The notes: a model not told the origin generated them from the sequence alone. Shown: positions 12,571 to 25,330, counted from the whole stretch's first letter. The stretch: DNA of 45,075 nt, filler included, from Catajapyx aquilonaris (GCA_000934665.2; 2 parts of 2 records of this genome joined end to end with filler, not necessarily neighbours in it), one strand, 5' to 3'. Numbers and translations: made by a program.

Positions 12571-13340
12571 GTAGGCCTATGTGTAGCATACTGGTCCAGC
12601 AGTGGGACTACAGGTGTCTCAGTGGTCATGGGAAGTACTCTTGAATAAAACATGCACCCCAAACAGTTATTGCCTCCCTCTTTCTTTCACCTGCCTACCA
12701 TATCCTCTATTCTCTGTCACCCACCCTTGCGGTGGTTGGACCAGAACAGGTCGGGTGGAGGTCCATTTTGGAATGCCTTTCGTCTCCTGCTACTATGATG
12801 TCAACCTAAAATGAACTAGTACGTAGATGAGCCATCAGAATTTTAGCATGACCTATTGGTTATGTACTCATGTCCATTGGATGGTTGACTGAGTCATTGT
12901 CTTAATTTGAAGGAAACTTGTATATTGGGGTGATCCCACTTCCATCCATAGGAAGATTCATGACTGGTACGTTATTCATACTGCTGTATGTAACAACATA
13001 ATTATATGATTGTTCTAACAAAAACCTTGCATTTCTCTTTATTGTCACATTGAGAAAATTTTAGAAAATCTATTAATGATAATATACAACCGTAGGCTTT
13101 GTATTATTATTATTCAATACCTGCACTGTTGATGGATTTTAATTGTGGAGGAAATGGGAAAAACCCGCAACAACCCACATGAACAGACAGAACCAACTTA
13201 AACTTGTTCTATGTGAGCAAGAGCTGACGTGAGTAAATCTTTTCTCAAATCCCAGGATTGAAAACAATACCACAGAGGTGGAAGGCAATGGTGCTAACCA
13301 CTATGCTACCATGCTGCTTGTAGAAGATCCAATCTCGTAT

Positions 13341-13585
13341 CATCGGCAATAAGGAGAAAGGGCAAATAGGCCCTTTTTCATAAAATTGTGAAAATGCGTA
13401 TTTTAAGGTGAAATCACCCACAGCAGGTTTTGGTGACAGGACAAATCTGTACTGGAACAGTGCGCCTGTACAAGAAAGTGGTGGTACAGTGATACTGTGA
13501 TTTGTGAGGACTATTTTTCAACCTATTTTTACCTCTCTTATCAAATCTAAAATTGTCTATTTGCCCTTTCTCCTTATTGCTGACG
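13341..13585. mobile_element. MITE with ~29-bp TIR, possibly Sola1-like
   Basis: CATCGGCAATAAGGAGAAAGGGCAAATAG ... CTATTTGCCCTTTCTCCTTATTGCTGACG, with 4-bp flanks GTAT/ATAT. Confidence 0.7.
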
Positions 13586-14204
13586 ATATACAGTATAACT
13601 TCCATAGAATGTGAACACTTGCTTTCTTGCAATGGAAGCTAAAACAGAGATTTTTAAATAGAGTTTTAACCAATGGGAAAATGTTTTTGCTTAGACCTTA
13701 CAGAGTATCAGACATGTACAGTACTATCAAAGAAAATTTCAACATAACATTTTTTGGCACTATATATACACTCATCAGCACTTAACCAAGGGCTAGAGTA
13801 CTGACAGTCATATTGCACTTAGATCCTATTGGCTGAAGCTTTTTTAAACCATACCAATACATATCATTGTGTACAGTACCACTGTTTGAATGACAAGATA
13901 TGACTGATATTATTTTGAAATCGAGATGGTAGGAGTTTTGCAGTAAATTTTTGCCATATTTCTCAGTGTGAGTCTTCTTCCTGTATTTTTTAATCCAGTG
14001 CACCTGTTCACTGTCAAAATGAACAAGGTGCAATTATTTGAAGATAGTGCCCAATGACTCCACACAATATCAAGTTTGTCCATTAGATTATTGTTGCAGG
14101 GCTGGAGAATCTCCATCCATACTTTCCGGGCAATCCCTGCCTCCTTGGCTCCTTCACCATCAAGAGTAGAATTGGTGGTTCAGTTCAGTTATATACTGGG
14201 CCAG

Positions 14205-14340
14205 CCAAGGGGGTAATCACTTCGGTACTCCGGTGTACACCTGCGAGTGGTACTCCCTGGTACTCCTCAGGTACCTCACTCTTTATTATACTCCTTGGTA
14301 CTCCAGTGTACACTTTTCAGTCGAGTGATTACCCCCTTGG
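14205..14340. repeat. Small inverted-repeat element with GTACTCC subrepeats
   Basis: CCAAGGGGGTAATCACT ... AGTGATTACCCCCTTGG. Confidence 0.7.
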
Positions 14341-15153
14341 GGCCGGCAATAGTCACAGAAAAAAAGTTCAATGCCTCTACCATTACAACCGGGTGTAATA
14401 TAACATTAATAGCATTGCCACCAATTCTTAGAAAGTTGACTGGCAAACAGTCATTAAAACCATTCTCAGCTAGCTAATGCATAGTATGTTCCAGCCATCC
14501 ACATTCTTCTCGTTGGTTCTGAATGAAATGGAAGCTTGGTGTGCAAATGTAATTTATTATCTAGTAATAGTAGTAATAAAATACTTCTGGTTATCAATTA
14601 TTTACAACATGATGTCAGATGCAGTGAACCTGGCCCAATCATGCTGCCTGCATTGTAGAGTAATTTGTAGGCAGTGTGAAGGCATGGCACACTGGCATGG
14701 TATGGAACAGGCTGCACCACGGTTGAGGAGTGTTTGTAAAGGGCTGCACTTGGTCTTACAGTTAGATAGGCATGAACAATAAAAGAAATTGAAACAGATG
14801 AGTGAGTCGTGGTCTGGAGGACAATTTTATTACAGGCACTTGACACAACCACTTGCACTCAACAGCTTGGAAGCACATGTCATTTTCTGAAACACTGTCT
14901 TTCAAAAAGAGAGAAGGCCTAGCAAGGGATGGCATGGAAGCAGACGAAGCCTACACTTATACTATGATTTTTGAAATTTGAAATGACATCACCATTATTG
15001 TCATTGTTATGGTGACTTGCTTATAAAAGAGCCACAATGTCAATGTCATTCCAACCTTTAATAAAAATCAGAGTATAGCTATATTTGCACAACAGGAATG
15101 GGAAGAGACATAAGCAGCAAAGCGAGGAAATATGAGCTGTGGCTGATGAGGAC

Positions 15154-15235
15154 TGCCTCGACCGGGATTCGAACCCGGGTCCTTCCCTTCCTGCAGTGGA
15201 AGAGAAGCGCTCTGGGCCATCTGAGCTATCGAGGA
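15154..15235 (-). other. tRNA-like cloverleaf (pseudo-tRNA or SINE head) in the 3' UTR of the ion channel gene
   Basis: Minus strand reads TCCTCGA-TA-GCTCAGATGGCCCAGAGC-G-CTTCTCTTCC-ACTGCA-GGAAGGGAAG-GAC-CCGGGTTCGAATCCCGG-TCGAGGC-A. Acceptor, D and T arms pair; the anticodon arm is non-canonical. Confidence 0.7.
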
Positions 15236-15248
15236 CCATAAGCCCTCT

Positions 15249-18200
15249 TTACAACCACACCATGCTCCAGTACAAGATGTTGAAGAGCACAAAACCGGCG
15301 GGAAAGAGCACTCGGCTACGACGGTCGATCCATGCAGCGATCTCTTGAGGCGTCATTGTGAAGAAGCTCTTGTTGGGAGGCAACTGCTGTTGCCCTCCAT
15401 CCACACTGTCAGAAGAACCTGCTGATTGACAACCAGGCACTGCCAAGCTGACCACCGTTTCTCCCTCCAGGTCACTGCAGCTTGCTACTGACAGTCGGCA
15501 ATTGGATACAGACAGAGCTGAATCTAGGGATGTTACTGTCAGCTGCTGCGACGATGGTGAGGAAGTCTGTGGGTTTAAACAGAAATGAAGGTATTGTGTA
15601 CAGGGGGGGGGGGGGGGATTCTGCACAAATACAGTCAGAATCTACTGCATCAAAGCTTCTCTCATCTGATCATAATTTTGCATTATGCCAGTTTTCACCT
15701 TGGTGTCCCAGACTACTACTGCCTTACCTGCCGATAAATTTTAATGATTTCAGGAATCAATAATAGTTTTGATCTACCTGATCAAAACTGCATGACAAAG
15801 AGTGAAGGTCTCCGTTGGATGCTGTTTTTTCCGAGCTGTAGGTTTTTCGTGACATCTTGGGTGTCAGCGTGGATTTGAGAATATACTTGCTGTTCACTTT
15901 CTTTAGTTGGACATTTTTTCTGTCAAGAGGAATCAGTATTGGAAATGGAATTGGGGTGAAGAGCTACACTGAATCTTGTATAAACAGCATACCTTCGTCG
16001 CCAGATGGAATTGACAAATGCAAATTCCACCAAGGAGCCGAAGATGAAGGCAGCACATACGATGAACCAAATTTCCACGGCCTTAATGTATGACACCTTT
16101 GGCAGAGATGAACCGGTGTTGCGAGTCAGGGTGATGAAGGTCAGCATGGTACTGGTACCTGTGGATGACTGAGAAGGTCACTCCTTTTATTGGTTTTACT
16201 CAGATGATTCAACTCACCTAGTGTTGTCCGGCCGGGTACTGCATTTGGATCCAACCAAAATGACACCCAGGACATCACTACCAGCAAGATGCTAGGCACA
16301 TAGTAGTCCATTATGTAATGTCCTACTTCTCGCTCAAAGTCAAAATGGATGAGAAGTGCGCTGAATTTTCCCTCTGGAACATATTTTAAATCCATTAAAC
16401 ACATGTTTGTTGACTCTTGAGGAGTGTAATTACATACGAGTGTTATAATATCTTGAAATCTCTTGTTGACCATTAATATTAATTTAGGTTTTATATTTAT
16501 ATGGCCACATTATACTGTTTGCAACACCAGAGTGGCAGAGTGATTACTCTTTGTAAATACTCGGATTTACCGGTGCTGGTATCTGAGCAAGCAAGATTCA
16601 ATGAAAGCAAGAAACAACTTATTAGTTATGTATATAGAAGCCATAAATATGAATGTATGAGTATGAGTGTTCGCATTTCTATGCATTGTTCACGTGGGAT
16701 GCACGTGTTTTTTTGTAATCTGATTGCTCCTCTCGTGAGAATTAAAATAATTCACTACCATAATGACACATGTAATATTCTTTTGTACATGCGGGGGTCT
16801 TCACCCACTTTGCCTTGACATGTTTTACCTTGTCGTCGAAGTTCGTTGTAATCGATGCCAAAATTTGGAGCCGACTTGGGGTATGTGTTGATACTTGCAT
16901 TGGTGGAAGTCCGTATCAGCTTGTATTCGGGAAGGTTGACCTGACTGTTGACCTGCACCGGATTTTCTACTGTCCATTCTAGCAGTAGGTCAGAGACGCT
17001 ATACATCCCTATCCAGAGAGAATAAAAAAGGTTCGCATAATTATTTTTAAATTGATTGCACGCCGTTGCAATCACATGTTGTGCTGTGCTGGATGCACAT
17101 GCTAAAGTTATTTACCCAAGTACAAACAGATACGAGTTACGATAAATTAATATAATTATGCACATAATCACACAGTTGTACACATTGACTATCAGTGATA
17201 TAAACAAAGTTCTGGAGATCAGTCACGTTATATCTGACTAATAAAAAGTACCGTATTTTTTCATCCCAACACGAGTTCGAGCGAGAGCAATAACATACAA
17301 AAATAATGTGCCCAAAATAATTCATAAGTTATACCCTTAAAATACTGTGCACACAAATACTGGAGAGTGCAATTTGTAATATTACAAGATACCGTATGCT
17401 GTTTTTTAAACAATTTAATGCATAATAAGTTACTAAATATTCAAGTGCTAAGTTCATCGTATCAGTACTGGCGCATGTCTGCTTGAACTGCACAATGTTT
17501 GTGGACTGGTGCATTGTCGAGCAGATGCCAACTTTTCTAGACACTTCTCCTGGATCACTGACCAGAGAAATGTGTCAGCATGCACACTTCCCGTGACTGG
17601 GGTGCGGTGTGGCACAAATTCCACTAGCAAGACACTATGTTCGTCACAGAAAATAGTTGTCATGACCTTCCCTGCCAAGGCCTACGAACCTTCTTTGGGG
17701 GGAGGTCAGCCTTATTTATTGTAATTATCGTAACTTATTAACCACCTCTCGTACCAGCTCTTATCCATTTGCAGTACACACGTACAGGACGTATACAGTG
17801 GCAGGGCAATTATTATATTAATATAATTATCAAGGTATGCATGAAAATATGTTGCAAAGGAGTCAAAATACTCTTATGTTTAAGTGTTACATTCGCTGTC
17901 AAAATTATGTGTGACAATGATAAACATTGAATTAGCGGAATAAAAATTATTAGCCTACAGGCCTACTGTATGTGACATCATTTTGAACTGTCCATTTGGA
18001 CAACTTGAACCTATCAACATATGATTACAAGTACAACAAATGGCATTGACGCCCCCCTCTCCCGTCTCCCGCCCCCTTACTTTTGTCAATTCTTTCTTGG
18101 TAAGTCGAGATTTCGGAGGATTTTTGTCCTTCGACCAACCAAGGACTCGAAATCCCGAAAAGTCTACAAATGAGAAGTAAAAATGCCGGCAATCATCGCG

Positions 18201-20223
18201 AAATATTCTATAGTTTTACTTTTAACAAAGAGATGGGTGAGCGTGATAAACTGATTATTTTACTTACGCAAAACCTTTTAATTCCCCCTTCTCCTACCCT
18301 CACTACTTGTGTAACTTACTCTCTACTACCATGGCGTCAGATTACTTTACGTTTCATCTGGTTCTTTTGTTTCAACCCGCGTATAGTTGGTGAAGGTCTT
18401 TTCCCTCACGGTCCCATCCTCACCCCTGTATCAGATAATTATATCTGTCATCATGTCGCAATTTTTTTTAAAGCATGCCCTATCCTCCTGAGACCCCTGG
18501 TACAGTATACTGTACCTTTGTTTTTTCCAGCACCTTCTGACTAACTCAAACGCGTAAAAAAACAAAAACAAAGGTGATTGAAAGGTGTACTAGGGGTCTC
18601 AGGAGGCTATAGGCCTACCTTGAATATTGGGCACTTTAGATATAGGCTAGGCTAGATCAGCAAACATTTTTGAACACCCGGAATATATTACGTTGAATTT
18701 CTGATAGTCAGCAGTACGGTTTTACAAAATCATATTACGTAAGTGTATCACACACTACTAAAACAGCAACACGTGCAAACTTCCTACAATATGGACATCA
18801 AGTCCATAACAAATGCTGACCATTCAAGTCTACATACAGAAAACCGGGGCACTTCTTTGCGCCTCTCAGAACACACTTTGGCTGTGCCTAATTTCATTAT
18901 TGGGTTCGACAAGGTGTCATAAGACATGTTTACATGTGTCAAACTCCGAATGTAACGAGTGACGTGTGCCTGGCACGCGAGAGCACGTCATACGTGTCAC
19001 CTTCATGAAGTGTGTGTGTCACTAGACCCACTGCAAAATGTCATGACCGTGAATATGGCCACATCGAAAAGATTTCAAAGCAAAACTCAGCAAAAATCAC
19101 TATGAGCTGTTAATAATTTTGTAACTAGTATAGGCTATGTAGCAACTAGTAGACACCTCTGCACACTATTGCTCAACTGTTTGGTCGTGTTCAAAACTAC
19201 TTGAAAATTCTGTGGAAATACGTAATGACTCAGTCAAGTCAAGCGGGTTGCGCAATGCCGCAAAACACCTGGAGTTGTCAAGCACCACAAAACTTAGGCA
19301 CGTCTTTCACACTTCCAAATGAGCAATGGTATGCGGAACCCCAAAGCAGATGGACGCAATACAGATATGCCTACTTTGCTATTGTCATGTCACGTGAACA
19401 GTCTACGAAATACGTACAGAAGAAGAAAAAAAATGATGACTTACAGCTTTCCATGATGAGTGTACACCGCTGCTTGTCGAACGGAAATTTCTGCAAGCTC
19501 ATGGCGCAGAAAATTCTCAACTTGACACTGTCAGGACAAACATGGCGGGTCATTAGGTCAAATGCAACACGGTTTCTCTTGAAACGTACCGGTAATTGTA
19601 CTGCACCGTTCCATTAGGCTGGATTGCCACAAAGACATTCTCCTCCATCACCCTCTCTCTTTCGTTGACAAAATAGACCGATGGCACCCACACCTTCTTC
19701 CTCAACCATTCTTCGCCTTCCAACTGCCCCGTACTGTTGGTGAGCCAATCGAACCTCAACCTAGGGTCGTGCCAACTATGCCGCACCAATATCTGCGCCG
19801 TAAACTCCTGCAAGTTCAATTGTTAACTACGACCCAAATGTCCTGTTTAATAATCGTACCAAATTCTGCGCATCAATAGATCCAATGAAATAAACATAAG
19901 CGTTGGTGACCACGGTGACAGGCTTGCCCGAATCCGCATCAGGCCTGACCCTGATGTCGTAGCGTCCATTGGCGGTGATGTTGTCGAAGATCTGGGGTTC
20001 CACGGCCTGACCCCTACGGACCTTATTAGGAGTGGCAGGAACCAACACAACCGAATTTTTGGAGGGCGGGGTACAGGTGGGAGAAGCTATGCCTCTCCCA
20101 CCCCTACCACCCAACCCCATATTATGACAAATGACATGTGACCCACCTGATGGAGACGACGACGATCAGGAGTAAGAGCAGGTGGAATGGTCCAGGCGTG
20201 TTTGGACAGTGCAAGCCTGCCAT
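15249..20223 (-). CDS. Cys-loop ligand-gated chloride channel subunit, pHCl-2/hodor-like (CG11340/CG6927/CG7589 group), ~497 aa, 9 exons
   Basis: Exons (minus): 20223-20147, 20013-19860, 19807-19590, 19527-19445, 17008-16829, 16373-16218, 16158-15993, 15919-15778, 15566-15249; 1494 nt in frame. Features: signal peptide, [24 protein letters not shown], Cys loop [16 protein letters not shown]1 [19 protein letters not shown]2 [42 protein letters not shown]4 [19 protein letters not shown]. Confidence 0.92.
17454..17690 (-). pseudogene. Degenerate mariner transposase fragment in a channel intron
   Basis: [28 protein letters not shown] resembles the mariner core SAGKVMxTVFWDxxGVLLVxF. Confidence 0.7.
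18484..18606. mobile_element. Short MITE, piggyBac-like termini
   Basis: CCTCCTGAGACCCCTGGTACA ... TGTACTAGGGGTCTCAGGAGG. Confidence 0.65.
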
Positions 20224-22045
20224 GTCTGCTCCTAACGACTGCTCCCACTGCTGCTGACGCTGCTGGATTTCCTACTCACTCGTCACTCTTGCCCCACTCT
20301 TGCCCTTTATTGCGGAGATATTATATCTAAGCTGTTGGGATATAAAGAAGGCCTGCGAAGGTGTGTCACGACAGCCTGCATCATTTACAACCATTATAAT
20401 AGCAGATCTGCGAGGTGTAAGGAGCTGGCTTTTGGCAGGGAGTTAATATTAGCGAATTTGATAGAGTTAGTGCAATGCGGATTAGGGAGGAAATGGGGTT
20501 GGATAGAAGTGGAGGAACTAAGAATGGTGGATGGTTCCGATATGGATTGAGTGGAGTAACCTAACCTTGTAGGATGCTGGCCAACATTGGTTGCCGTCAA
20601 TGTCTGCGTCTGTGGATGAGGCCAGATAGCCTCTGTTTGCTGACTTGCGCAGGTATTTGCCCGTACTTCGTATTTTTTATACTGTTACATTTTTGCGGCG
20701 AGTGCATCAAGGCGATTCAGGAAGACCTTGTGGTACCCCACTCAGTGTCGCCATAGCCGTCACATTGTCGGACACTCTGTCGTCATCAGGTGTCCTCACT
20801 AATGTGATATGTATAACAATAAAATCTACTTTGCATAGCTCACCCATTATCATCCAAACATCGCATTTACGTCACTGCTTAACCGTATAAAAATGTGGCA
20901 TTGACTAGAAACGAAACCTGCATTGACGAAACCACCATAATGAACAAGCAATTATCTACCTCTTGACACAATGGTACACACTACTCACCCCTGCTGTCAT
21001 CTGTTGTTATTCATCTTTTATCAGCCCGGAGAACCCGTTGTATAGTGACATACATTCCATCAACAGCTGATCGACATGTCGGTCATATTTGCTGATGCTG
21101 TCATGACACTTCCATGGGGAGTAAATGAACTTGCTTCGTCTCCTTTTTTGCGATCTAGAAGATGCATCAAGGTGTAGATCCCATAACCACCTGTAGCAGT
21201 TTTTTTTTCTGTAACCCAACTGGTGTGTTGTCATTTTTATATCCGGAGCAAGGCCATCATAGAAGGGTAATGAACGCATAGCACGCGTTACATGTGCGGT
21301 AATGGGTGTTGACGACGAGGAGAAAATAATATACCACAGATGGAAACATAATTATGCTGAAAAAAAACGAGGCAATATGTATTGTTTTGCAGAGCAGTAA
21401 CTGTCAGCAAAAGTGTTACTTTTTATTACAGTGTTTCGGTACATTCAATACTGCCCAGGCTCCAGAAAGGAATGAAAATAATGCCGACATTGCCTTCATG
21501 AAGGCCAAAGCTGACATATTCACTTATATGTCACCCCAGGAATCTTCATCCGCATGCAATGATCACAATGTAGTTAGTTATCACTCTTTGATTGTGGCCC
21601 AGAATGACAACACCATTTTAGCCCAGACATGCAGGGTACGCGTGTGAAAGCACTTTAAGGCATACCGGTACCTCTACAAAGTGCTATATGATATATAACA
21701 ATGTCTTGCTCAGGGTTAAGCATCACTCTCATGGCGTCAACTCAGGAAATCTCCACCCGCCTATACTAAGTGTCATATCTTAAGGCACTTAAGACCCAAC
21801 AATATATCGTGGGGCAATACGATCGGCCTTAAGCGATGATAAAGGCAATAAAGATACTCTAGATTATGTAGTCATCCTCAAGAATGGCTGATATGATGGG
21901 TGACTGCAAAACAGGCTATTGCTGCAATGATCCGCGTCATATTAAACTTTTGTTGTATCTTACTGAACATGTATAGTGAGTTATTGGTACGAGAAATTCA
22001 ATCAGCTTTCTTCCCTCGTATTTAGTGTTAGTTATTTTAAGTGTA

Positions 22046-22123
<78 letters not shown>
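22046..22123 (+). repeat. (AAT)26 microsatellite
   Basis: Read directly. Confidence 0.98.
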
Positions 22124-22124
<1 letters not shown>

Positions 22125-22435
22125 GAAAAAATTGGTACAAGCTACAGTATGTATTAGTTGAAATCGATTTCATCATATTATTGCAGAACTGTGATGACTC
22201 AAGTAATGAAAAACATTGCTGGAAGTAACACCGTATTTACCATTTTATAAGCATAACAATCTCTATTCAAATGATAGTTAGGTTGGTACTGGACGGGTAA
22301 TAAAGTTTTACCGCTGCTCTAAGCAAATTGCTCCAACCGTATATAATGTTCAGTTGAGAGAGGCCCGAGATTTCAGGGCCAGTAGGCTATTATTATTACA
22401 GTAAGCATGCCCCCATTAGCATTAGTTACAGCCAC

Positions 22436-22440
<5 letters not shown>

Positions 22441-22484
<44 letters not shown>
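22441..22484 (+). repeat. (TA)n microsatellite at contig end
   Basis: Read directly; abuts the N gap. Confidence 0.98.
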
Positions 22485-22584
22485 NNNNNNNNNNNNNNNN
22501 NNNNNNNNNNNNNNNNNNNNNNNNNNNNTTAATTAATTAANNNNNNNNNNNNNNNNNNNNNNNNNNNNNNNNNNNNNNNNNNNN
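22485..22584. other. Artificial 100-bp assembly gap/linker (N44-TTAATTAATTAA-N44)
   Basis: Symmetric Ns around a spacer with stops in all six frames, exactly 100 bp. Confidence 0.95.
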
Positions 22585-22920
22585 TGCCTATGTGGTAAGT
22601 GGTTGCCGTTCGAATCAGCGGGAGGAGAAAGGGGGCAACACCAAAGCCTAACTGGTTGGGCTACGTATACCGGCAAGGACGTACCGCAGGGGTTTACGAA
22701 GCCTGCGTGAATTATAAATGCATTAACTTACCAAAATCAAGATAGTTTCAGTTTAGTTAGTGTAAGTGGTTGAAGGGTACAGGAGGACTGATGACACGAA
22801 GATCGAATGGAATTCATACGAACATGATAGAGTTATCGTATCTAAGACAAATTCAATAATATTTGATGCTTGGCAACAACACAGTCATAATCAAAGAGTT
22901 CTGCTATTATATAATATAAT

Positions 22921-23154
22921 ACCTAGAGGAGGTATTCCCTATCCTTTTCCATTAGACAGGCTGAGGCAGCCGCCATCTTGTTGGAGGTCATATTGTTGTT
23001 CTAACAGTTGTCTAGCAACTGGGACAACAACCAATAATGACAACTGGGCGACAATTAGTTCAATAATGTCAGGCGTCCGCCATCTTGTTGGAGGTCATAT
23101 TGTTGCCTGCATTGTTGCCTGCCTCACATTTCAGGCCGAGTACCTCCTCTAGGT
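22921..23154. mobile_element. MITE-like element with 14-bp TIR and an internal direct repeat
   Basis: ACCTAGAGGAGGTA / TACCTCCTCTAGGT; CCGCCATCTTGTTGGAGGTCATATTGTTG occurs twice inside. Confidence 0.65.
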
Positions 23155-23580
23155 GTATATATAATATAGCAGAACTCTTTGGTCATAATCGAGTCACTCA
23201 ACTGTTGACCTAAGGAGGATACCGTGGAAACTGAATGAATGAAATGTTTATTTAATAATAATGTAATGAAAATAAGGTAAAGCATATATTTATTTAAGCA
23301 GTTAGCGTACGTAATTTCGCATAAAGTGTAGAGATGATATTTACTCAAAATAATATTCTAAATAATGTGTGACTATTGTCACACATGGATTCCAGTTGCA
23401 CGCATTGCTGCTCATAATGAATTATTCACTTATAATTTTATTTCGGGGTTCTGTTACGTCCTTGGGTTTTTTGTGTAGGGGATCGGGCACTGCAGCACGT
23501 CGGGCCGGATACGTGTTCAAAATATGAAGGCTGTACTTGCAACGGGTTTTGAGATATGCTTGACAGAAAAACGTCCTCTG

Positions 23581-23636
<56 letters not shown>
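23581..23636 (+). repeat. (AAC)18 microsatellite
   Basis: Read directly. Confidence 0.98.
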
Positions 23637-23905
23637 GGAAAATTTTCATTGTTGTTTTTGCACGAGGATCTTACTTATAGGGACTATCGTCCCTACAATG
23701 TGGTCGCTAATGTAATCCCATGGAGTATGAAAATGTATTATTTTTGGAACTTTAAGACGTCATAACTTTTGCAAATATGGACGTCAGCACGAAATATTTC
23801 ATTTTTGGGCATCATATATTGTCCTGTATTAGCACGTCCAATTTCATCAAGATCCGACATTATCACCTCGTGACCTTCCCTTGTGAGACTTGGGTAGTAA
23901 CCTGA

Positions 23906-24018
23906 GGCTGGATTCATCAAAATGTTCTTAAGTCAAATTTTCGTAGTAGGCCTAACGTTAGTTCGGAACTATAACGTTACTACGAAAATTTGACTTACGA
24001 CATTTGATGAATCCAGCC
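23906..24018. mobile_element. Palindromic PIF/Harbinger-like MITE
   Basis: GGCTGGATTCATCAAA ... TTTGATGAATCCAGCC; the arms pair almost to the centre. Confidence 0.8.
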
Positions 24019-25067
24019 CTTGGTTACGCTGAGAAGACTAGTACCAGTAACTTGTTGCGTTTTTAGGAAGTTGGCTGTAGAATAATTAAAATAATTACAT
24101 TAATAGTGAGTTACTTAACCAGTCACTACAGTTGCAACAGCTGTAGCGAAATTTACGAGTTACTCTTTCAAGAAAGGGTTACGTAATTGTTGTTTGTTTC
24201 ACTATCCCTTCGTGACAGTAATTATGAAAAGCACGGGGTTTTTAATCAGGTTAATTCAAACTTAATACACTTTTAATATAAGAAAATGTAACTTAGCTCA
24301 TTTGCTTGCTTAGCCCTTGTAACTACATTATAGTCACTAATTACTTTCTTTGTCACTCAGTTACTGTAACTCTAACGAGTTATTTTTAAAAACATTATTC
24401 TGCGCGTTTAAAAACCTAGCACTCGTCAGTTTGAAACTCCAATAAGTTGAAAGGAAAAAGGCAAATCATTGCAGAATGTCACACCACGATAAGTGCCCAT
24501 GGTGATGCAACATGCACAGAAATTTATATGGCGACTTTTCACATTGTTTTTAAAAATTGGGAGTAAGCTTATTGTCATTTCTGAGCTTGTCCCAATAAGG
24601 AAGCAATTACGCTTCACCGGGTTTATACAGTATCTATATGTGGATACTTCTTGTTAAGACTGTCGCGACTATATAAGTCGACTACTCGCAGATAATTATG
24701 AGAATAGACCTATAAGAGGCGACGTAAGATATATAAAAAGCTAGATTTATATCCTATTTGTATATTCCAGTACAGGTTTTTCTGCCATAAGTCTTCCAGA
24801 TACACTCCATGCAATATTTCTTTTATGTCGATTTTCCTTCGTGAGCCATTTTAACTTTGGAACAGATTCGATTAATAAATATATTTTACTAAAATAGACC
24901 AGACGGAAACGTAGAAAGCTTGCAATATGCTGAACACATTCAATTCTTGTCATGGCCTTGCTCTGGCGTTTATTATTTTATGGTATGTTAGATTAGAAAG
25001 ATTACCAAGTTAAAAATGTGGAGTATTAGATAACAAAAACAAAACAAAAATAACCAAGTACAAAATA

Positions 25068-25330
25068 CAGTGAGCCCACATTATTCTCAGTTTCAGTAAT
25101 CAGCAGTTTGAAAATATTAAATTAAATCCATCACGTATTTATGAACGTATTTACTATCCTATGTTATTTTTAAATGATTTTGTTGATGTCTAAACGTGTA
25201 CAGGGTGATACACAATGCTTTTCGACTAATATGGCAATTTCGTAGCACTAAATTGCTAAATTTGAACAGATATTCTGTATTATTAGCAGGGGCTTGTAAC
25301 CAATTACCCGCGGATAACGGGGGCTCACTG
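25068..25330. mobile_element. TA-flanked Tc1/pogo-type MITE
   Basis: TA|CAGTGAGCCC ... GGGCTCACTG|TA. Confidence 0.65.

Noticed and set aside
15690..15730. Extra micro-exon in the channel M3-M4 loop
   Set aside because: The best acceptor leads straight into stop codons, and exons 8 and 9 already join in frame.
21937..23765. Poly-N/L/Q/V ORFs in the ORF track
   Set aside because: They are translations of (AAT)n and (AAC)n microsatellites.
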